A stretch of 64,000 nucleotides of DNA from a virus (taxonomy: Duplodnaviria > Caudoviricetes): IMG/VR virus record IMGVR_UViG_3300038345_000144. One strand, given 5' to 3'. A program made the translations under genes and the position numbers. The notes beneath the pieces are model-generated. The model was not told where the DNA came from, did no database searches, and worked only from the letters and a program-made list of their open reading frames with translations. Positions 58,742-64,000 of this stretch are shown here, piece after piece (within the stretch, counting starts at the first letter, position 1; each line of letters starts with the position of its first letter).

Positions 58742-59872
58742 TCAAGTTCCATATTTCAAGGCTTCTTCATAGGTTATGAAGAAATGAATACCGCTTGCAC
58801 ATTCTTTCCAACGGTTTGTTTCAAATTTTTCAGAACACTTTGTAATTTTACCTACAACATACTGGGTATCAGTAGCAGGTGACTTAAAAAGTGGGAAGGC
58901 AACGGTGTCTGCGGGGTACTTTCTTCCGTTAAGGTACTGAATTTCCAAAACCTTTACCTTATCAGCACGGCACTTTCTACTTGTAGCAGAACTTCTCTTG
59001 GCGGTTTCTGGAATTTCAAGTTTAATGATACAATCCCTCTCTTTACCGTCTTTGTTGATTACTCTTCCCTTCTTCCACCCGATGAATGAGCCGTTTGAAG
59101 GACACGCCATTGGACACGGAACATTAGTACAGTCGGATATTTTAGCCGAGGTTCCAAATAAAGAAAGACCCGTAGCATTAGTAAAATCAACATCAATAAA
59201 TTTTGTATTTGATAAAACGGCATTGTCAAATTGAGATTTTGGGACATCTATTTTAAGTCCGTCAAACATACTGCCTATAAGTATTGAATTGTTAAAAGCA
59301 CACATACCAATGCTTGCATTAAGAAAAGTTGACTTTGTTAATGTTGCTCCTTCAAAATAATCACTGAATAAAGATGTGTTTATAACTACCATTTGATGTA
59401 AATTAGCACCCTTAAAACCACAATAATTAAGTTTAGAGAACTTAAAGGTCGCACACTGACCATTACACATCTTAAATGAACAGGAAGCAATTGACCCCTG
59501 GTTAAATTCTGTAAAACGCAAGTCGGCATAATCAAAGTTGTCCTGACTTAATGAAGAATGATTAAACATAGCCCCGTACATATTAGCGTACTTAAAGTCC
59601 GTAGCGGCAATTGTAGCCCAGTTAAAATTAGCACTAACCAACTTTGCGTGATTAAACACACAATGGTCAATATTTGCGAACTGAAAATTAGCCTTATTTA
59701 ATTGGCAATCACTAAAGTCGATAAATTTAAGGGTTTGGTATGATAAATCAGCCTGCTTACCCTGTTCCCCATTAGTTTTAAGCCAAAGGGCGTGTTCCTT
59801 GATAATGTTTGATAGTTTTTCTCCGTTAATACGCACCTTATTAGGCTTCTGCATAGGCTCCATATCCATCAT
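58742..59872 (-). CDS. Pentapeptide-repeat protein with DUF5758-like C-terminus, paralog of 3770-4912
   Basis: EHALWL...GKQADLS; CPSNGSFIGWKK...KLEIPETAKRSSATSRKCRA...ECASGIHFF. Confidence 0.85.
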   Translation of the reverse strand: MMDMEPMQKPNKVRINGEKLSNIIKEHALWLKTNGEQGKQADLSYQTLKFIDFSDCQLNKANFQFANIDHCVFNHAKLVSANFNWATIAATDFKYANMYGAMFNHSSLSQDNFDYADLRFTEFNQGSIASCSFKMCNGQCATFKFSKLNYCGFKGANLHQMVVINTSLFSDYFEGATLTKSTFLNASIGMCAFNNSILIGSMFDGLKIDVPKSQFDNAVLSNTKFIDVDFTNATGLSLFGTSAKISDCTNVPCPMACPSNGSFIGWKKGRVINKDGKERDCIIKLEIPETAKRSSATSRKCRADKVKVLEIQYLNGRKYPADTVAFPLFKSPATDTQYVVGKITKCSEKFETNRWKECASGIHFFITYEEALKYGT

Positions 59873-59911
59873 AATTCGTGTATCTCCTTTGAGTTTTGTT
59901 ATGATACCATA

Positions 59912-60037
59912 ATCATACCAATTCAGATAATCATTTGTAAATGCCTATAATCAATCATTTTTAGGCAAATAGATACTCCCGTGTTCGATTTCTTTTCAAA
60001 TATACTCTTTACAAATGAAATACCCTTTTGCTATAAT
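59912..60037. promoter_or_regulatory. Divergent promoter pair at the strand switch
   Basis: Minus: TTTACA-N18-TATGAT (59912-59941); plus: TTTACA-N18-TATAAT (60008-60037). Confidence 0.8.
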
Positions 60038-60070
60038 GAGTTTATTATAAAAGTAAAGGAGACAACCAAA

Positions 60071-60250
60071 ATGATACAGGGTAGAATTACCATTTCCCGA
60101 ACAAAGAGAGATGAGGTTTATATCACCGTTAAGGATATGGACTTTAATATTCTTTTTGAGGGTGAAATGACACTGTTGGATTATGCGGGAATAGTTACTG
60201 GAGAGGCAGAACTTCCTATTACTATTAAGGAAATTAACGGAGGAGTATAA
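60071..60250 (+). CDS. Hypothetical protein
   Basis: AAGGAG SD; start MIQGR. Confidence 0.65.
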   Translation: MIQGRITISRTKRDEVYITVKDMDFNILFEGEMTLLDYAGIVTGEAELPITIKEINGGV

Positions 60251-60255
60251 AAGGT

Positions 60256-61302
60256 ATGAATATTGAAGAAATCAGAGCATTATTAAAGACATCAGATTAC
60301 GACTTTTTAAGAACCAACGCCCATCTTGGCGATAACATTATTTGCCTTGCTTTAGGTGGTTCACACGCATACGGTACAAATGTTGAGGGTTCAGACCTTG
60401 ATATTCGTGGGGTTGCCCTTAATACAAAGGAAGAAATCCTTTTAGGTAAGGACTTTGAGCAGGTTGTAGACAGCAACACCGATACAACTATCTACTCTGT
60501 TAAGAAGTTCTTGAGACTTCTCTCACAGAACAACCCGAATACAATCGAAATCCTCGGTCTTCAGGACTGGCAGATTATCTACACAACTTCGATTTGGGAT
60601 ATGATTATGGCTGAAAAGGACGCTTTCATTTCCAAGAAGGTCATCAACTCTTTCGGAGGTTATGCTAACCAGCAGTTAAGAAGACTTGATAGTAAGTCTG
60701 CAAGAAATGTTGGTCAGGGCAATATCGAGGACTACATCAGAGGTTCTATCAGACACGCAGAAGAGGAAATATCTACACACTATCCTGAAATAAAGGGTGG
60801 CGTAAATGTTTATACTGATGTAGCGGTAAGTGAAGATATGGAGAGAGAACTCTTTATCGACCTTTCTGTAACACACTATCCGCTTCGTAGCCTTGTTGGT
60901 AGACTTAATGAATATAGTAATATTATTAAGGACTACGCAAAGTGTACTCATAGAAACGAGTATGCTATTGCTCACGGCAGAATTGGAAAACATATGATGC
61001 ACCTCGTAAGACTTTACCATATGTGTTTCGATATTCTCGAAAAGGGTGAAATCATCACTTTCAGAGCCGAGGACCACGACGAACTTATGGCTATCCGTAA
61101 CGGTTGTTACATCAATGCGGATAGTTCTGTAAAGGACGACTTCTATAAGTTAGTTGACGAACTTGAAGCACATCTTCAGGAAGATATGGCAAAGGCAACT
61201 TTACCGAGGGATGTTGACTATGATAGAATTAACGCACTTCTTTATAGGATTAACGAGGAAGTTATCGTAGGTAACGAGCCGAGCAGAAAGTTCGAGGTGT
61301 AA
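60256..61302 (+). CDS. Pol-beta superfamily nucleotidyltransferase (YcgL/RlaP-like)
   Basis: GGSHAYGT....SDLDIRG; NPNTIEIL; KHMMHLVRL. Confidence 0.85.
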   Translation: MNIEEIRALLKTSDYDFLRTNAHLGDNIICLALGGSHAYGTNVEGSDLDIRGVALNTKEEILLGKDFEQVVDSNTDTTIYSVKKFLRLLSQNNPNTIEILGLQDWQIIYTTSIWDMIMAEKDAFISKKVINSFGGYANQQLRRLDSKSARNVGQGNIEDYIRGSIRHAEEEISTHYPEIKGGVNVYTDVAVSEDMERELFIDLSVTHYPLRSLVGRLNEYSNIIKDYAKCTHRNEYAIAHGRIGKHMMHLVRLYHMCFDILEKGEIITFRAEDHDELMAIRNGCYINADSSVKDDFYKLVDELEAHLQEDMAKATLPRDVDYDRINALLYRINEEVIVGNEPSRKFEV

Positions 61303-61306
61303 CTCA

Positions 61307-62427
61307 ATGGAACATATGTATGATATTACTGATTGGTCTTACCGCCACGAAACCTTAATTGTGTATGTAGGTGGCGAGACCTATCAGTTCTATTGTCCAA
61401 GTAGTTGTTTATACAATGACGGAAATGGTCCATATTATTGCTATCCGTCTAATGTGGACAAACACAAGCCTTTGGCAATAAGTTCTATAACCTATGAGCC
61501 TAACAAGTATAAGACTAACGGGCTGGAGTATCAAGTAACTTGTATTTTCTTCAGCGACACGGAACGAAATAAGCGTTATTACGAGGAGTATATCTAATAG
61601 GAGATAAAAAGAAATGAAAAAGAACCAGTGGCTTTCAGTAGCCGACTTAATTGAGATTTTACAGACAATGCCACAGGATGCAAAGGTTATTGTCAACAAT
61701 GATAACTTGTTTGAGAATGGTACTTATTATGCTACCCGTGACAGCATTGAGTTATATGATGACGATGAAAAGCAGGTTATCATAGGAACAAACTATAATA
61801 CACAGTCTTTGTGAGGTAATTATCTATGGGAAAGAAAATCGGTGACATTGAAGTAGGCTCAAGGGTATTTTGTAATGCTTGCGGAGCGTTGAAGGAATAC
61901 GAGGTGGTCGCATTTCGTATTGTTGAGTGGAGCGATGGTCTTCGTGGAGAAGTTGAAACTAAAGTAGTTAAGCCAAAGGGCGTTTTAGGTGGAACACAAA
62001 AGTTCTTCCTTGACCAGTTTATTGCTGGAGTTAATGAAGCACAGGATATGAAGATTTCCGATATTAGGAGGGACGGCTGATGAAGACTATTCAGCAGGCA
62101 ATTAAGACTTTTACAGCAGAAAGGGCTTGTTTAGAGAAGAAAATTAAGGGCTGTCCTGGTGGTAATTTGTGCTACGAGTGTCCTACTGCTTATGAGCAGG
62201 GTACTAACGGAGACCGTTTGGAGTACCTCGACCTTATTCTTCAGGTGTTGAGACATTCAGCCCCTAATGGAGAGTGGCAGGTTGTTGGTAGAATAATGAA
62301 GAACGGAAAGCCGTTGGCGGTTAAATGTTCAAGGTGTGGTAACTCCCCAAAGTATGCTGTAACCAGCGATTTCTGTCCGAATTGTGGTGCTATGATGACA
62401 TTAAGCGAGGAACTGAAGAATGATTAA
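61307..62427 (+). other. Run of four small genes (61307-61597, 61614-61814, 61826-62080, 62080-62427)
   Basis: Abutting ORFs with SDs; the last ends in a CSRCG...FCPNCGA Zn ribbon. Confidence 0.6.
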
Positions 62428-62749
62428 CGATGATGGTGAAAGATTTTGCGATAGATGTGGACAACTTATGTTGCCTAAATATGGTAACAGTTATGATTAT
62501 GTATTAAATAAGAGCACAGGCAAGATGTACTGTTGGAATTGCTACGAGGAAATGAAGGCAGAGGAAAAAGATAATGAGTAAAGTAACTGTTGAAATCCCT
62601 GACTATGTTAAGGGTAGGGTGCTTGTAGTATCAGAGGAATATATAAAGGAACATATGATTAACCTTTCAATGTTCACGCAGAAATTCATTGGTGAGGTTG
62701 ATTTATCCGCTTCAATTATTAAAATCATCGAACCAAACAAGGAGTAACT

Positions 62750-63097
62750 ATGATGTATATGCCATACAGTTTTTATGATGCCGAAGATTATGATTGTTTT
62801 GGTCAGCATAAACAAACAGTTGGTCAGACCATTAAAGACCTGTTGTTGTGTTTTGTTGGCTTGGTTGTAATTCTCGGTATCTTCTTTGGAATGGTTTATT
62901 ATTCCACAGCAGAGAGTTATAAAGAGTGGAACAACGGCTACTGTCAGTGCGGTGGTTGTTGGAGATATGACGAGGCGGTAGGACATCGCCACTCTACAAC
63001 CTTTATGTATGAGTGCGACAGATGTGGTAGACATATTGAGCGTAATTCTATTGAAGAAGAAGTACAGACAGAAACAGGAGAAGTAGTCAATGGATAA
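62750..63097 (+). CDS. TM + Zn-ribbon protein
   Basis: TM, then WNNGYC.CGG.W...YECDRCG. Confidence 0.7.
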   Translation: MMYMPYSFYDAEDYDCFGQHKQTVGQTIKDLLLCFVGLVVILGIFFGMVYYSTAESYKEWNNGYCQCGGCWRYDEAVGHRHSTTFMYECDRCGRHIERNSIEEEVQTETGEVVNG

Positions 63098-63841
63098 ACA
63101 AGGAGCGTGGATATTTCGAAACGGTAAATATCGCTGTACTATTTGTGGGAAAATGTCAATTTATAAATATAAAGGCATAGAAACCACCCCAACACCCTGT
63201 TTAACTAAACAATGCCCGTCTTGTGGCTCTGATATGAAAATTGCTTTAATGCAACAACAATACTTATATGAAGGAGAGTAAATTATGTTAATAGCAATTA
63301 AAGTACCTGATGAAATCTATAACGAGTTTATAAACGAAAATAACTATGAAGTCATTTATGATGGAAACTGGGTAGCCGAGGCTATTCATAAAGGAACCAT
63401 CATTCAGGATAATCTAATCAGTCGAAACCGTGTAATAACCGCCTTAAATGAGGCACAGACCGAATGGGACGAGAACTACAAGGGACTGGGTAAGGCAAAG
63501 CAGATTGTAGATGGTTTGCCTATTGATGTAAAAAAGGAGTAACTGAAATGCTATTACTTGTAAATGTAAGTGAACACAATAAGAACCTTATTGAACGCCA
63601 TTATAACGGCGAGGGCTTTGAGACTATCCCAGAGTCCGTGGTAGACGACATTATGTTTGCCATCAATAATGCAACGGTCCTCCCTACTGGTTGTGGTAAG
63701 TTGGTTGAGGCAGATGAAGTTGTAAAACTGGTGGACAAGCATACATTTGATACAACTGAAGGCGTAACGCTTGATGATGATATTACTTGTATTCTTGAAG
63801 AAGCCAAAACATATAAATTGGGAGAAAACAATGAAACATAA
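63090..63841 (+). other. Three small genes (63090-63281 Zn ribbon, 63285-63542, 63548-63841)
   Basis: SDs; the last two are related to 37569-37865. Confidence 0.6.
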
Positions 63842-64000
63842 CAATAAGTTTTATTATGGACGCAAGGACGATAAGATAATTGACGAAGAGTGGGATATAG
63901 CCGAGAAAACTGGAAAACCGCAGACTTGGTGGGTATATCCTGATTATAAGTATGAACCTTATAAAAGATTTGTTAAGTGTTATACACCCGCATTAGCCGA

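Noticed and set aside
2205-59300. Numerous + strand ORFs antisense to minus-strand genes
   Set aside because: Shadow frames of well-supported genes, lacking SDs; only 56601-57149 is a supported + strand gene in this span
1-64000. Stop-codon reassignment, tRNA/rRNA genes, transposases, virion structural genes
   Set aside because: Conserved genes are intact under code 11 with all three stops used; no cloverleaf, IS or capsid/tail motifs were recognised

Overview
This 64-kb window is AT-rich and gene-dense, and looks like part of a large mobile element of a low-GC Gram-positive (Bacillota-type) host, most likely a large phage or phage/plasmid-like element. Support: strong AGGAG Shine-Dalgarno sites, sigma-A-type promoters, many tiny genes, and no virion genes in the window. 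Almost all genes are on the minus strand up to about 59.9 kb, where divergent promoters switch transcription to plus. Recognisable genes: NAD-dependent DNA ligase, SNF2-family helicase, guanylate kinase, HAD deoxyribonucleotidase, PilT/VirB11-type ATPase with TcpE-like neighbours, an AbiEi/AbiEii-like pair, a membrane-anchored DUF1524-type HNH nuclease, a 3D-domain protein, a kinase-like/vWA/PurA-like operon, a DUF5662-like HD protein, a metallophosphoesterase, a Pol-beta nucleotidyltransferase, three pentapeptide-repeat proteins and large paralogous families of small membrane proteins. The most notable region is the largely non-coding first 3.7 kb. It holds two Cas-less CRISPR-like mini-arrays (9 repeats, 7 spacers). 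No two repeats are identical, yet all keep a type I-E-like hairpin through compensatory and G-U changes, and most keep a GTTT(T/C)TC handle. The arrays are interleaved with several ORF-less promoter-to-terminator small-RNA cassettes carrying anti-Shine-Dalgarno sequences, and with helically phased short-repeat blocks. All family calls are from motif recognition by eye; no database searches were run.
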